Assembly: GCA_965279515.1 (NCBI GenBank)
Contig: CBDIID010000003.1
Coordinates: forward strand, 1,056,001-1,120,000
From: Turneriella sp.
GTDB lineage: Bacteria > Spirochaetota > Leptospiria > Turneriellales > Turneriellaceae
Length of the DNA: 64,000 nt
Direction: 5' to 3'
Positions within the stretch are counted from its first letter, which is position 1. Each line of letters begins with the position of its first letter. Below the pieces are notes generated by a model. It searched no databases and was not told the origin of the DNA. It saw nothing but the letters and a program-made list of their open reading frames with translations. The translations under genes and the position numbers were made by a program. Positions 20,901 through 30,334 of the stretch are shown here, piece after piece.

Positions 20901-21202
20901 TCAGTGGTGGCGATGCTTATCTGAACGGTATTGCAGAAGCCATTGCCAGCCAAGGAGCCCCCTACTTTGACCTGAAACTGCTAGGGATAAACAAGCTCGG
21001 CGGCTTTGCGGAAAAAAGCGATGCCGAGATTCTCGACGCGCTGACCAAGACACTGACCAGCGGGGATTCCCCGGATTTTCTCGCCGATTTTTACCAACCT
21101 GGCCTGAACGACGACAGCGTCGCGTTTTTCAACCAATTCATCCGACCGATCGCCGAAACTGATGTCACAGCTGCAAAACCCAAGACGGGCAGGAAAAAAT
21201 GA
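17957..21202 (+). CDS. recC: Exodeoxyribonuclease V gamma subunit (RecC-like)
   Basis: 1081 aa; PQTIIVGS...WIE.......GV.MG..FPFLE N-terminus, LYLFGM..LS, L..KNLIDYVQKP..FF; translationally coupled to recB/recD. Confidence 0.78.
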   Translation: MAFYYHKAHSLGVLFPELYRLIKEERKTLRPQTPQTIIVGSLDVEAWIEEKFIEHDGVLMGVHFPFLETALETFAERQTAAIFPGAHESWFSVIPGLKRAKKAGMLQLELAVLNLLMAAREENPAVIFEYDIQNLGPLQLLTLAQRIAREIREYLLHAPDAMEKFLRGKPTAAIGKIWKVVNAELRQAGYVSGMFSGNRDAKEKAEEPSLFSTAQGGGSLYLFGMPVLSAYHIRKLCAVARTVDVHLLGVHPETGSRIHNDYYFSVAKIYAAYAAFLAKTAKSLDTQFSEISHSSNFSAWQKAWLEDKAMDAPVQSPVSFLGLPGLWRGAEIIADLWHQEMRNDAAIRQDDFSLMLTDPAGQFPAFDKACGSRRLAVFARNRLFERPHSIVELISVLASASGDGVNRDLLVRYFSNAVVCERFRLDSEKTNLYIRALTEANGFRNDYPGALGIFNLTAALDRIRRALLIDPPTAVGDGIPGATYIRSLDTAETLSEFLSCLEILTQVSVILKPQPGAELVRQLIAFLHKFQSEPSPEFNAIAEALTEIAALIPNHNLSLQQVARMLIRNIPGKNLSQSAQRQGICASPLSSPAPFRRSVTLCDMNEELDAAPENEEGMLPEYLISPTRLKKTDQVAIHLVHAALSETAALQICYSRFDPKTGAEKYRSVEVERFKASLAARKIIFAETDGFPQTIFDAAPGFAPNAADADVRTVRLSYTKAVAELNLAQALLPALQVKEPAADLTVKNLIDYVQKPFQFFYGRITTLPEDPADFRFGEPKLAESKSFKFRFAENYLKQAVLAPRAIPLDNPLSLFAAEQLKGIAEPEGFDFMHRLLSSGNNERILIAAAEAAQNRFHIIEYLFDTRIKTAFSVKEGERLTRRYLPAPKIGSVTITGSTDKFLVTAEDSYLYLAGSFKDGDRTKHCVGAYLQLAVILTATANFPEQAPAGIKLMQYEIKISDAEKSAVEISSAIKFSLDAEKISGGDAYLNGIAEAIASQGAPYFDLKLLGINKLGGFAEKSDAEILDALTKTLTSGDSPDFLADFYQPGLNDDSVAFFNQFIRPIAETDVTAAKPKTGRKK

Positions 21203-24054
21203 CGCCCGCAGAAGAACAAGCCCACATCGCACGCCTCGTCAGCAATGGGGAGCATATCTTCATCGAAGCTTCGGCGGGTTCCGGTAAGACCACGCGGCTC
21301 GTGTCACTGATCGTCGAGATCATACGGCAAGGTAAGGCCCGCCTCCCTGAAATTCTCTGCGTCACGTTTACTGAAAAAGCGGCCTCGGAACTCAAGGCGC
21401 GCATCTTTGCCCGGCTGGCAGCTGAAAAGGGGGAACACACAGCCCGGGCGCTCAGTGATTTTTCCACCAACAGCATCGGTACCATACACAGCTTTTACCG
21501 CGCCGCTTTACGCGAAGACCCGGCGCGTGCCGGCGAAGAAGGTTTAGAGGCCAATGCCGATGAAAAGGAACTTTTCGAAGAGGCCCGTGAATATGTGTTC
21601 CGCATTGAATGGCAAAAGCTGGGCGCCGATCAGCTCGCTGGTTATCTCGAGGAGCTGGATTTCGGCAAAAAGAATTTTGTTTCGCGCGAACGCGCCCTCG
21701 ATGCCGAGCTGCGGCCCAAATGCCTGTATCTTTTTGGCGCACACACGACGCCTGTTTCACCCGAGATCGCCGATGCGGATTTAATACGCACCGCGACCGA
21801 TTTCAAGGCATGGACGATAAGGAATATTGTCATGCGCATGCGCGAACTCGTGGAGGGCAAGAACCTGCTGACTTTCTCCGGGATGATCGCCGGCACAGCG
21901 GATGCCATCCAAAACCCGGAATTTGTCCGCAAACTGCGCAGCCGCTACCGTTACGCACTGATCGATGAATTCCAGGACACCGACGCGCTGCAATGGCAGA
22001 TTTTCAAAACCCTGTTTTTGAATGCAAAAAACACCCTGATTGTTGTGGGAGATCCCAAACAGGCTATCTATAAATTCCGCGGCGCCGACGTCTTCGTATA
22101 CCTGCATGCGCGCGAAGAGATGCTGGCCGAAGGCGCCTTTGCCGACCGGTTGCCGCGCAACCACCGCAGCACACCGGAGATTCTCAGCGCCCTCGATTCC
22201 ATTTTTGCGGCACCGGAAGTTGCGGCGGTTTGGCACCGGGCCAACATAAACTATGCCATTCCCGAACGCGCCCGGGCCAGCGATGCAGAAAGCGGGGTGG
22301 AATTCTACCGACGGAACAAATACTCAGCCTCTGCGCGCGAAGATTTTGCCCACCTCGCGGCGGGGCGGATAAGCGATCTGAAACGGCGCCACCCGGATTG
22401 GACAATCGCCATCATTGCCTTCAAGCACCATACCCTCGAAATATGCGCTGACGTGCTGCGCGCATCCGGCATCGAATATGCTTATTACCGCCAAAAACCG
22501 GATTTCGCGCGCGTTGAATTCACCCATTTGGGAATTTTCCTGCAATCTTTCGCGCTGCCCGCGGAAGAAGGTTATGCCCTCGCGCTGAAAACCCTCTTTC
22601 TTAAGGCCGAGAAAGAGCCCGCGGAATACTACCGCCGCCTCGCGGCGCATATCAACGAGGGGCGCATTTTGGTTTTCCTGCAAAACCTGGCGCAGAACCT
22701 GAACTCCATACAGCTGCTCATGGCAATCGACCCCGACCGAAATATCTACCATGGCTGGCGGGTTCTCACACAAAAGCTGCTCGCACTTTGCGGCGAAAAA
22801 ATCTTCGACCTGGAATCATTGCGTGCGGTGCTGCATACCATGGAACATGACCCCGACGAAGACGAACGCGGGGGAGATATGCTGCGCTCCCCCGGGGCAG
22901 TCACGCTGCTCACCGTCGCCAGCGCCAAGGGGCTCGACTGGGATGTCGTGCTTCTCGCCGACGGTTATTCAGATAAGCGCTGGCAGGATTTCCCGTTTTT
23001 CCATGACGCCCGGGGAAATGCAATTGTGCCTGCAGATGCAGAGGTTTTCGAAAGCGGTAGCGATAAACTGATGCCGATTGCGGAAGAGGCGCGCATTACC
23101 CAACTCAACCTGCTCTACGTGGCACTGACGCGGGCCAAACAGAAATTTATCACGTATATCATCCCGCCGTGGCGGGAAAATGAAGCCGGTCCGGCAAGTT
23201 ATTTCCTCACGGCATGGGCTGAGATTGCGACGGTACCACTCCTCGACTTCGATGAAGCGGTCGCAGCAATTCCATCCGGAATCGGGAAGCAGGCAGAACC
23301 AAACCTTCCGGTCGGGGTGGAACATGGCACAATACCTGCACGTATCCGCGAACGCACCTCTTTTAGCCGGCTTACTGTCGCCGAGTTCAGCGAGACGAAT
23401 TTTATTGAAGATATTTTGCCGCGCGGCAGCGGCGTCGGTGAAATTCTGCACGGCATTCTCGAAAACTGTGACTTTACGATGTACCGCAAAGGCCGCATAC
23501 CCGACCCCGCAGCGCTGACGGCGGAGATCATTCCCTTGCTGGGAAACATCCGCCGCGACGGCAAAGATATTACCCCGCAGGTTGCAGAACGTATTCTCGG
23601 CATTATCGCCGCCTGCTCCGCTGCGGAGCTACCCTTAAGAAACGCTGGCGCTGTAAGTCTTTGCGATCTGCCGCCTGAAAATCTCTGGCGTGAAATGCCG
23701 TTTTGGAGCGCCGCCGCAACGCACCGGGTACTGCGGGAATACGCCGGCAACGAAACCAGGCGCTCAATGCACGGCTTCATGGATCTCGTCTTCACCGTCG
23801 ACGAGAAGGATTATTATATCCTCGATTACAAGAGCAATTCATTGAGCAGCGTCACGCCCGAAAATATCGACGGGTATACACGCGAACACTACGCCCTGCA
23901 GGCAGAAATTTATTCGGAGGCGCTGTCAGCTTATTTGAGAAAAAATTATCCCGGCGAAAACCGGCGCGTCGCCGGTTGTTATTTCCTTTTCCTGCGTTAT
24001 CTCAAACCCGACAGCCGCGAAGGCGTGCATTTTACGGAGGCAGCGGATGCCTGA
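21199..24054 (+). CDS. recB: Exodeoxyribonuclease V beta subunit (RecB-like helicase-nuclease)
   Basis: IEASAGSGKT, VTFTEKAA.EL, IDEFQDT, VGDPKQAIYKFRGAD, LLYVALTRA; nuclease motifs LHGILE, EMPF, GFMDLVF, ILDYKSN, HYALQ. Confidence 0.92.
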   Translation: MTPAEEQAHIARLVSNGEHIFIEASAGSGKTTRLVSLIVEIIRQGKARLPEILCVTFTEKAASELKARIFARLAAEKGEHTARALSDFSTNSIGTIHSFYRAALREDPARAGEEGLEANADEKELFEEAREYVFRIEWQKLGADQLAGYLEELDFGKKNFVSRERALDAELRPKCLYLFGAHTTPVSPEIADADLIRTATDFKAWTIRNIVMRMRELVEGKNLLTFSGMIAGTADAIQNPEFVRKLRSRYRYALIDEFQDTDALQWQIFKTLFLNAKNTLIVVGDPKQAIYKFRGADVFVYLHAREEMLAEGAFADRLPRNHRSTPEILSALDSIFAAPEVAAVWHRANINYAIPERARASDAESGVEFYRRNKYSASAREDFAHLAAGRISDLKRRHPDWTIAIIAFKHHTLEICADVLRASGIEYAYYRQKPDFARVEFTHLGIFLQSFALPAEEGYALALKTLFLKAEKEPAEYYRRLAAHINEGRILVFLQNLAQNLNSIQLLMAIDPDRNIYHGWRVLTQKLLALCGEKIFDLESLRAVLHTMEHDPDEDERGGDMLRSPGAVTLLTVASAKGLDWDVVLLADGYSDKRWQDFPFFHDARGNAIVPADAEVFESGSDKLMPIAEEARITQLNLLYVALTRAKQKFITYIIPPWRENEAGPASYFLTAWAEIATVPLLDFDEAVAAIPSGIGKQAEPNLPVGVEHGTIPARIRERTSFSRLTVAEFSETNFIEDILPRGSGVGEILHGILENCDFTMYRKGRIPDPAALTAEIIPLLGNIRRDGKDITPQVAERILGIIAACSAAELPLRNAGAVSLCDLPPENLWREMPFWSAAATHRVLREYAGNETRRSMHGFMDLVFTVDEKDYYILDYKSNSLSSVTPENIDGYTREHYALQAEIYSEALSAYLRKNYPGENRRVAGCYFLFLRYLKPDSREGVHFTEAADA

Positions 24055-25483
24055 AAGTATCAACCCATGGCTTCCGCTCACGGCCGATGAGGCGATTTGG
24101 CCCGAAGGGTTTGGCGCGGCTGAGCGTGAAGAAGTCGTGACCCGGCTCGCCGCGGGCGAAATTGCCATACAATATTCCGGAACTCAATCCAACGCGGTAT
24201 TCCGCATTCAAAAGATCGGCAGCAAGAATTTCCTGATTCCGCACCGCAACTGGCCGCTGCTCGATTTTTTTCTGCAACGCCCGGCGGGGCATACCGGAGC
24301 AACGCAGGAAGATGCCCTGAAAGTTCTCACCGGGGGAAAACACCTGTTGTTAACCGGCGGCCCGGGCACGGGCAAGAGTTACACGATTTCGCGGTTCGTG
24401 GAGCAGCTGAAACCCATCGCGGGTCGTCCGCCGCGCGTCGCGATTGCCGCGCCCACAGGCAAAGCAGCAGCGCGCTTCCAGCACCTTGCGGGTTCGCGCC
24501 ATGCTCTGGTCGAATGCTCCACACTGCACCGCCTCCTGGGGCTTTCACGCGACGAGCGGCGGCTCCGCTACGGGGCTCAAAATCCGCTTCCCTATGATAT
24601 ACTCATCATCGATGAAATCTCGATGCTCGACCTGGGGCTGTTCGCCGCTGCTGTGCGCGCGCTGCCTGAGGCCGCACAACTTCTGCTTGCGGGCGATCTC
24701 GACCAATTGCCGGCGATCGACGGGTTAGCCATCGACCGCGCCATCCGGTTTTTTTCGGCCGAGGGTGTAATCGCGCATGTGCATTTAACCCAGGTACAGC
24801 GCTTCGCCACGGAAAAAGCAAATGCCTACCGCAGCATCTCTGAACATGGTATTCGCGCACTTTCAGACCCGGGTGTGGCGGCCGTCGTAAAACATATAGA
24901 GCTGAAGGGGCCGGCCGCCCTCGGCGAAATAATCGATCGTTACACGCGCGAACGGCTTTGTTCAGAAAAGGTAGAGAACCTGCGCAGCGCGTTTTCAGAC
25001 CTGAAACCAGGAGTACATCCCCCAACCGAACTCGTCACCGCGGCATTTGACTTTCTGAAACGGCAGGTGATTCTCACCGAACGCCGTGAAGGAGTTTTCG
25101 GGAGCCAGGCCATCAACCGGCGCATCGCCGCAGACCTCGCGCGCTTAGCACGAAACAGCGGTCGCATGCTCGAACCCGTAATGAATACGATCAATAATTA
25201 CGAGCTGCAGATTTATAACGGTGATGTGGGATTTATCTGGGATGCCCCGGGGGAGCGGCGTGCGGTTTTTCCGGTGCCCGAAGGTGGTTTCAGGGTTTTG
25301 ACGCTCGCCGAACTCACAGGTGCTGAGAGCGCGTATGCGATGACGATTCACAAAAGCCAGGGTTCGGAATACGATGACGCGTTTGTGTTATGTGAAGGGG
25401 GAGCAAATACGGACAGCCGCCTCATCTACACCGCTGTAACGCGGGCAAAGAACGAAGCGACTATCCTGGAAGTCTTGAGGTAA
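24047..25483 (+). CDS. recD: Exodeoxyribonuclease V alpha subunit (RecD-like helicase)
   Basis: TGGPGTGKS, AAPTGKAA, TLHRLLG, IIDEISM, GD.DQLP, YNGD.G, AYAMTIHKSQGSEY, YTAVTRAK. Confidence 0.9.
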   Translation: MPESINPWLPLTADEAIWPEGFGAAEREEVVTRLAAGEIAIQYSGTQSNAVFRIQKIGSKNFLIPHRNWPLLDFFLQRPAGHTGATQEDALKVLTGGKHLLLTGGPGTGKSYTISRFVEQLKPIAGRPPRVAIAAPTGKAAARFQHLAGSRHALVECSTLHRLLGLSRDERRLRYGAQNPLPYDILIIDEISMLDLGLFAAAVRALPEAAQLLLAGDLDQLPAIDGLAIDRAIRFFSAEGVIAHVHLTQVQRFATEKANAYRSISEHGIRALSDPGVAAVVKHIELKGPAALGEIIDRYTRERLCSEKVENLRSAFSDLKPGVHPPTELVTAAFDFLKRQVILTERREGVFGSQAINRRIAADLARLARNSGRMLEPVMNTINNYELQIYNGDVGFIWDAPGERRAVFPVPEGGFRVLTLAELTGAESAYAMTIHKSQGSEYDDAFVLCEGGANTDSRLIYTAVTRAKNEATILEVLR

Positions 25484-25504
25484 ACAAGGGGATCTCCCCT
25501 TGTT
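25483..25504. terminator. Hairpin between convergent genes (possible bidirectional terminator)
   Basis: AACAAGGGGA-TC-TCCCCTTGTT. Confidence 0.6.
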
Positions 25505-25513
25505 CAATCCGGA

Positions 25514-26212
25514 TTACTGTTTAACGCCGGTCAGCGTGATTTCGATACCATCGCGACCTTTTTTAGTGGTGTATTCGATACGAGCCACTTCAATACCTTT
25601 TTCGATCAGCGCATCCATGACGCTTTTTGCGTATTTTTCAGCAAGCTCTTCATTCTTACCGCGCGAAGCGAGACTGATCTTTACATCTTTTTGTTGCTGC
25701 ATCACACCGAGAATCGTTGTAACACGCTCGACCATGTCAGGTGAAAGCGGCGGAATCTCTTCGAGCTTCGGCGCGCGTTTTGCTGCATAGAGAATCTTCA
25801 GGTCAACGGCACCTGAGAAAATTCCGCTGCCACCTTTCGGCTTAAGGCCAGCGCTCTTCAGGCGCGGAACCACTGCGCCTTGTGCTGCGCTCGCCAGCTT
25901 GTCATGTTCAGCCTTAGCGAGCAGGCCTTTGTGTGTGCTGATCTTAGAGTAGTTGGTCGAGAGCACCGCGTAAAACGAGGCCTTGTCGTACTCGCTGTCG
26001 CCGAGAAAGTTACGCGCCTTGTTGCAATACGTGCGCGCTGAATAGGCTTCTTTCTGGGGCAGGAAGGTTGCGAGATCTGCGCGTGCATCCATCGCCGCGA
26101 GGGCCTGGATAGCATCGTCGACTTCGCGGCGCGCCTGGCTTTCTTTAATCACACCCGCGAAAGCCGGAGTGATCGCGGCTACGGCGATAATTACAGTTAA
26201 TAGTTTCTTCAT
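25514..26212 (-). CDS. Exported protein: helical (DUF4398-like) N-terminus plus degenerate OmpA-C-like domain
   Basis: SD GAAGGAG, MKK signal peptide ending AFA; C-terminal NEELAEKYAKSV.D.L.EKGI...RI...IEI resembles OmpA-C without GHTD/RA. Confidence 0.55.
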   Translation of the reverse strand: MKKLLTVIIAVAAITPAFAGVIKESQARREVDDAIQALAAMDARADLATFLPQKEAYSARTYCNKARNFLGDSEYDKASFYAVLSTNYSKISTHKGLLAKAEHDKLASAAQGAVVPRLKSAGLKPKGGSGIFSGAVDLKILYAAKRAPKLEEIPPLSPDMVERVTTILGVMQQQKDVKISLASRGKNEELAEKYAKSVMDALIEKGIEVARIEYTTKKGRDGIEITLTGVKQ

Positions 26213-26223
26213 TATAGTCTCCT

Positions 26224-26568
26224 TCACTTGAGGCCCGCTGACCGGGTTTCACGCGCAAGTTTAGAAAGTGCGCAGAATGATTTAGCCTTAATGGCGGCAG
26301 CCCAGGCTGCTTCAGGCTCTTTGTCGTTTGAAAATTCTTTGGCCTTATCGAGAAATTCTTTGGCTTTGCCGGTTTCGGCGCTACCGTCTTCGCCCAGAGC
26401 GTTATACGCTGTCTGTGCGTCGGCAATCGCCGCATCGGCGTCGGCTTTCTCTACGCTGGAAGGATAGATATCCGGTGAATCGTCGGCGATTTTGGCGCTG
26501 CCGCATGCGACGCCGGTAAGGGCGGCCGCAATAAGCATGGCAATAACTGTGGCTTTACGTTGTCCCAT
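26224..26568 (-). CDS. Small helical lipoprotein (DUF4398-like)
   Basis: SD AGGAG; lipobox VAC; ADAAIADAQ.A...AKEFLDKAKE helical pattern. Confidence 0.6.
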   Translation of the reverse strand: MGQRKATVIAMLIAAALTGVACGSAKIADDSPDIYPSSVEKADADAAIADAQTAYNALGEDGSAETGKAKEFLDKAKEFSNDKEPEAAWAAAIKAKSFCALSKLARETRSAGLK

Positions 26569-26799
26569 GAAAAACTCCTATCTTTTAGTTAACTAAGTTG
26601 TATCCCGTAAGACCCTTAAAGAGTACTCACGGTTCGCAAAAAAACTTGCGTACTTATTTCCACGGCTCATCAGAGATTTTGTGCGTCAAGGGAAAACGCA
26701 TCTTTGCCGGCGTTCTGTGAACATATGACTACAATAAGACATAATCTGAACAACCGTACTTTTTTCTGGACGTTCCGCCCTGCTGAGGTAAGTTAGGGT

Positions 26800-27891
26800 A
26801 TGGAGCGGGAACTCACAGCCCTTGCCGATGCCGTCAAAGCATCCCAGAAGAATGACAATCATTCTTTAGGCGGAGCAATTGCGGGCCATGTCTACGAAAA
26901 CCGCACAAGTAGCCTCGTGCCCCGTGTTGCTGCCCTGCCCGCTCTCATAGGCTGCCTGTTCCTGTCAGGCGGTATGGGCCTGATTTTAAGCTCGGGCAAA
27001 ACCGCACCAGCCGATGCCTCGATCGAGGCGATCAGCCCCGAAAACACCGAGACGATCTGGGAAAAACAGGTCAAACCCACAACGGGCAATGGTTTTAATT
27101 TAACTCTCGATTTGCAAGATACCCTGCGGGCAAGTGACCCGCACACAAAACGTGTATTGTGGTCGCAGCATCTGCCCGAAATCGCCCCGACATCGGCGCC
27201 GCTGGTTTTCACAGAGCATGAAAAAGTTTTTGTGAGCGTCGCCTCTTCACAGGGCGCGGTTTACCTGCTGAACGGCCTCACAGGCCAGGTGCTGTGGATG
27301 CAAAACCTCAGCGACAGGGTGGATGTCTCTCCGCTGCAAATTAAAAATTCCGTGATTGCAGTCGCCTGTGCTGACGGCAAAATTTATGGCATGACTGTCG
27401 CCGATGGCCACATCGACTACATGGTTCAAACCGATTCACAGATTACATCCCTCGAACCCGTCGCCGATGGCCGCGGTGAGCATATTTACGCGATTGCCGA
27501 CAAAAAACGCGTTCTGGCGCTGAATGCGGTTACGGGCGACCTCCTGTGGCGCCGCGAAACCTCGGGAATTGCCACCGGCAGCCCGATACTGACTGCCAAC
27601 AAAATTATCACGCCGACGCTTGACGGTAATTCGTCCAAACTCTGGGCCTTCGATGATGCCGGTAACTTAAGCTGGATGAATACTTTCAGCCGCTATAACT
27701 CCCTCGCTTCCACAGAAGGTTATATCGCGATCGTTCAGGGCCCGGTCATCACGCTCATCAAGGCAGACACAGGCGAAGCGATCCATTACTGGCAGCTTGG
27801 CAAAACACCCGAAGATATCGAACTCATCAACCAGAACGGCATGCTGGTCGTGAAAACCGATCAGGGCAATCTCACCTCTGCAATAAACTAA
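26800..27891 (+). CDS. PQQ-like beta-propeller repeat protein (BamB-like)
   Basis: Repeated VYLLNGLTGQVLW, VLALNAVTGDLLW, LWAFD..G.L.W blades after one hydrophobic segment. Confidence 0.8.
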   Translation: MERELTALADAVKASQKNDNHSLGGAIAGHVYENRTSSLVPRVAALPALIGCLFLSGGMGLILSSGKTAPADASIEAISPENTETIWEKQVKPTTGNGFNLTLDLQDTLRASDPHTKRVLWSQHLPEIAPTSAPLVFTEHEKVFVSVASSQGAVYLLNGLTGQVLWMQNLSDRVDVSPLQIKNSVIAVACADGKIYGMTVADGHIDYMVQTDSQITSLEPVADGRGEHIYAIADKKRVLALNAVTGDLLWRRETSGIATGSPILTANKIITPTLDGNSSKLWAFDDAGNLSWMNTFSRYNSLASTEGYIAIVQGPVITLIKADTGEAIHYWQLGKTPEDIELINQNGMLVVKTDQGNLTSAIN

Positions 27892-27928
27892 ATCATTGAC
27901 GCGGCGCTCTGCCTAACTATTCACCGGC

Positions 27929-28588
27929 GTGGATATTCTCACACTCGCTTATGTCGCATCGGGTTGTTACCTGATGGGCTCCATTCCGACTGCATACCTC
28001 GCGGGTCGTGCGATCAAAGGCATCGACATCCGCACCGTCGGTTCAGGCAATGTCGGTGCATCGAATGCGATGCGGCTCCTGGGCAAAGGCTGGGGTGTCA
28101 CGGTTCTACTGCTCGACGCTGTTAAAGGACTGGTTCCCCTCCTTATTATCCTCCATATCTACCTCAAGGGAAATCCGTATTTGCAGCGTTATGCGATGGT
28201 CGGTGCACTCTGCTGCATGATCGGCCATATTTTCCCGGTATGGCTTGCCTTTAAGGGCGGCAAGGGTGTGGCCACAGGGCTCGGTGTCATGACTGCGCTC
28301 GTACCGGTCGCGGTGGCTGTGGCACTCCCCTTCTTTATTCTCATCGTCGCGATTTCACGCTATATCTCCCTGGGGTCAATCATCGCCGCCCTGATTTTGC
28401 CGGTGGCCTTCTTTATCGATCACCGTTTGCCAGCTGATCTCGAGCTTTTCGTGTTCATCGTTGTGGCCTGTCTTTTTGTGATTTACAAGCATAAGACTAA
28501 TATCAAGCGTATCTTCGCGGGAGAGGAGAATCGCCTGGGCGATATAGGGACCACGGGTCCCGCTGCCGCAGAGAAGCTAAAGGAGTGA
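27929..28588 (+). CDS. plsY: Glycerol-3-phosphate acyltransferase
   Basis: YLMGSIP, DIRTVGSGNVGASN, GHIFP..L.FKGGKGVATG.G, KHKTNIKR...GEE. Confidence 0.96.
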   Translation: MDILTLAYVASGCYLMGSIPTAYLAGRAIKGIDIRTVGSGNVGASNAMRLLGKGWGVTVLLLDAVKGLVPLLIILHIYLKGNPYLQRYAMVGALCCMIGHIFPVWLAFKGGKGVATGLGVMTALVPVAVAVALPFFILIVAISRYISLGSIIAALILPVAFFIDHRLPADLELFVFIVVACLFVIYKHKTNIKRIFAGEENRLGDIGTTGPAAAEKLKE

Positions 28589-28590
28589 CC

Positions 28591-28977
28591 ATGAAAAAAG
28601 GGATTTTAACCATACTGTGCGCCATATTAGGCGTTGCCACGCTTTCCGCCGGACCGATCCGCGACGACTATTTCAAGACGCGCGACGATATTGAAAAAAG
28701 CAAGGACACTCCCGAATCGCGCAAGCAATTCCTCGAGACCAATATACAGCGCTCGCTGCGCCGCCTTTTGGTGCGTTATTTCGGCTACCAGAAACCTGAA
28801 AGCATCAAAGTTTCCGCATCCAACTACGAGCAGTCTGAAAAAGATAAGCTGACATACTACTTCAAGTTTGAAGATTATGTGGGCTTCATGACATTTTCTA
28901 ACGATCCGGAATATTATTACGCCGTGCCGCGCGAAGAAAAAGTCGTGCAAAAGCCCAAAGCGGGCGCTGGTAAATAA
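28591..28977 (+). CDS. Hypothetical exported protein
   Basis: SD AGGAG at 28581, MKK signal peptide; co-oriented between plsY and cutA. Confidence 0.7.
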   Translation: MKKGILTILCAILGVATLSAGPIRDDYFKTRDDIEKSKDTPESRKQFLETNIQRSLRRLLVRYFGYQKPESIKVSASNYEQSEKDKLTYYFKFEDYVGFMTFSNDPEYYYAVPREEKVVQKPKAGAGK

Positions 28978-28985
28978 CGAGTCCA

Positions 28986-29366
28986 TTGGGCCTGAAAGCA
29001 GTCGGGCCCCTTAAGCTCATCGGCAGAAAAGCGCGGCCGATCGTAATTCTGACCGCGCTGCCCGATAAAATCGCAGCAGAGAAGCTTGCTTTTCTGCTCG
29101 TTGAAAATCAGCTGGCAGCTTGTGTGAACATTATCACACATATGGAATCCATTTATTTCTGGGATGGCAAACTGGTGCGCGACCAGGAATGTAAGCTGTT
29201 CATCAAATCCTCAAGCGCCGTGCAGAAACAGGCGATGGAATTTATCAAGGCGAACCATCCCTACACCGTCCCTGAAATTACCGTGATTGGTGAAAGGGGC
29301 GACGTCTCGATGGACAAAGATTATTGGTCGTGGGTTTCGGCCTATGTCACGCACCGGCGTGAGTAA
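28986..29366 (+). CDS. cutA: Divalent-cation tolerance protein CutA
   Basis: LVENQLAACVNI, SIYFWDG, HPYTVPEI, Y..W. Confidence 0.92.
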   Translation: MGLKAVGPLKLIGRKARPIVILTALPDKIAAEKLAFLLVENQLAACVNIITHMESIYFWDGKLVRDQECKLFIKSSSAVQKQAMEFIKANHPYTVPEITVIGERGDVSMDKDYWSWVSAYVTHRRE

Positions 29367-29375
29367 ATTCGCGTC

Positions 29376-30299
29376 TTAATTCAAGCGCCATTTTCCATTT
29401 TTATAGGAAATATTCCGAACTTTGCCGTTAGGAAAATTCGGGTCCAGAAACTCGATGTTGTCCTCGCCTTTCCATTGAATCCCGTTCATCGACAGATCCC
29501 GTAACTCAAGCAGGAATACGCGTTTGCCAATTTCATCCGATATATCGAAAATTTCGACTGCATTTCGGCTGAAATTTTCGTCTTGATAGCTTAGAAAGAA
29601 GCGTCCATCCGGCGAAAATAACTGTTCTCCAAAAGTGGTGATTCGGCGCCCCGTTTTGGCATGAATCATCTCGCGTTCACTCCATTCCCAACAGCATATC
29701 TGAAAAATATAAAAATCGTTCTCTCGCCGTTCAAAGCGATACCTGCGGGTAGAAGCTGCATTTTCGATATCAACAAGGGAAACGTCGGCACCGGTATCGA
29801 GCTTCATCGTTATTCTATCTCTAACCCGACTCATATGCGGATATTTGGCTATTTCATGCTTTTCGATTAACGTAGCGCATTCGCAGAAATTGCTGATATT
29901 TTTACAATGTTGCTCCGCAAGGTGATGATAATATCCTCGAGGGATGCCTGGTCGCAAAGATTCCAGGTAACCATCGAATAACCAGCCCGTGTATTTTCCG
30001 ACGGAGATTTGACGCCAGCAACCCGCGATGCCCTCGATTTTAGTGCAATTTGCCGAGGCATCCAAATTCTTTATTTCCATTCTGAACGGTAAAATTGCAA
30101 TCTTAGCTGATTTTGGACTGGGCTCTTTCCTTAGTACTAAACCCGCTGTTGGCTTGACAAACATGCGGCCATCTTTTGCAATATAGTTTGGCCGGCTTGG
30201 CGTCTTAGATGGTTCTGTCTCGGCTTCGCATTGGTTTCGTTGATCACAACAGCATGATATTGTGAAAAGTATCGTCGCAATAGAGCATCTTATCAGCAT
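29376..30299 (-). CDS. SH3b-domain exported protein/lipoprotein
   Basis: GLVLRKEPS..S.KI..LP, I.G.W..I...TGWLFDGYL bacterial SH3 pattern; AT-richer than flanks. Confidence 0.7.
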   Translation of the reverse strand: MLIRCSIATILFTISCCCDQRNQCEAETEPSKTPSRPNYIAKDGRMFVKPTAGLVLRKEPSPKSAKIAILPFRMEIKNLDASANCTKIEGIAGCWRQISVGKYTGWLFDGYLESLRPGIPRGYYHHLAEQHCKNISNFCECATLIEKHEIAKYPHMSRVRDRITMKLDTGADVSLVDIENAASTRRYRFERRENDFYIFQICCWEWSEREMIHAKTGRRITTFGEQLFSPDGRFFLSYQDENFSRNAVEIFDISDEIGKRVFLLELRDLSMNGIQWKGEDNIEFLDPNFPNGKVRNISYKNGKWRLN

Positions 30300-30334
30300 C
30301 GGGTTAAGTCTAAAGCGTGATTCAACGAGGCAAC

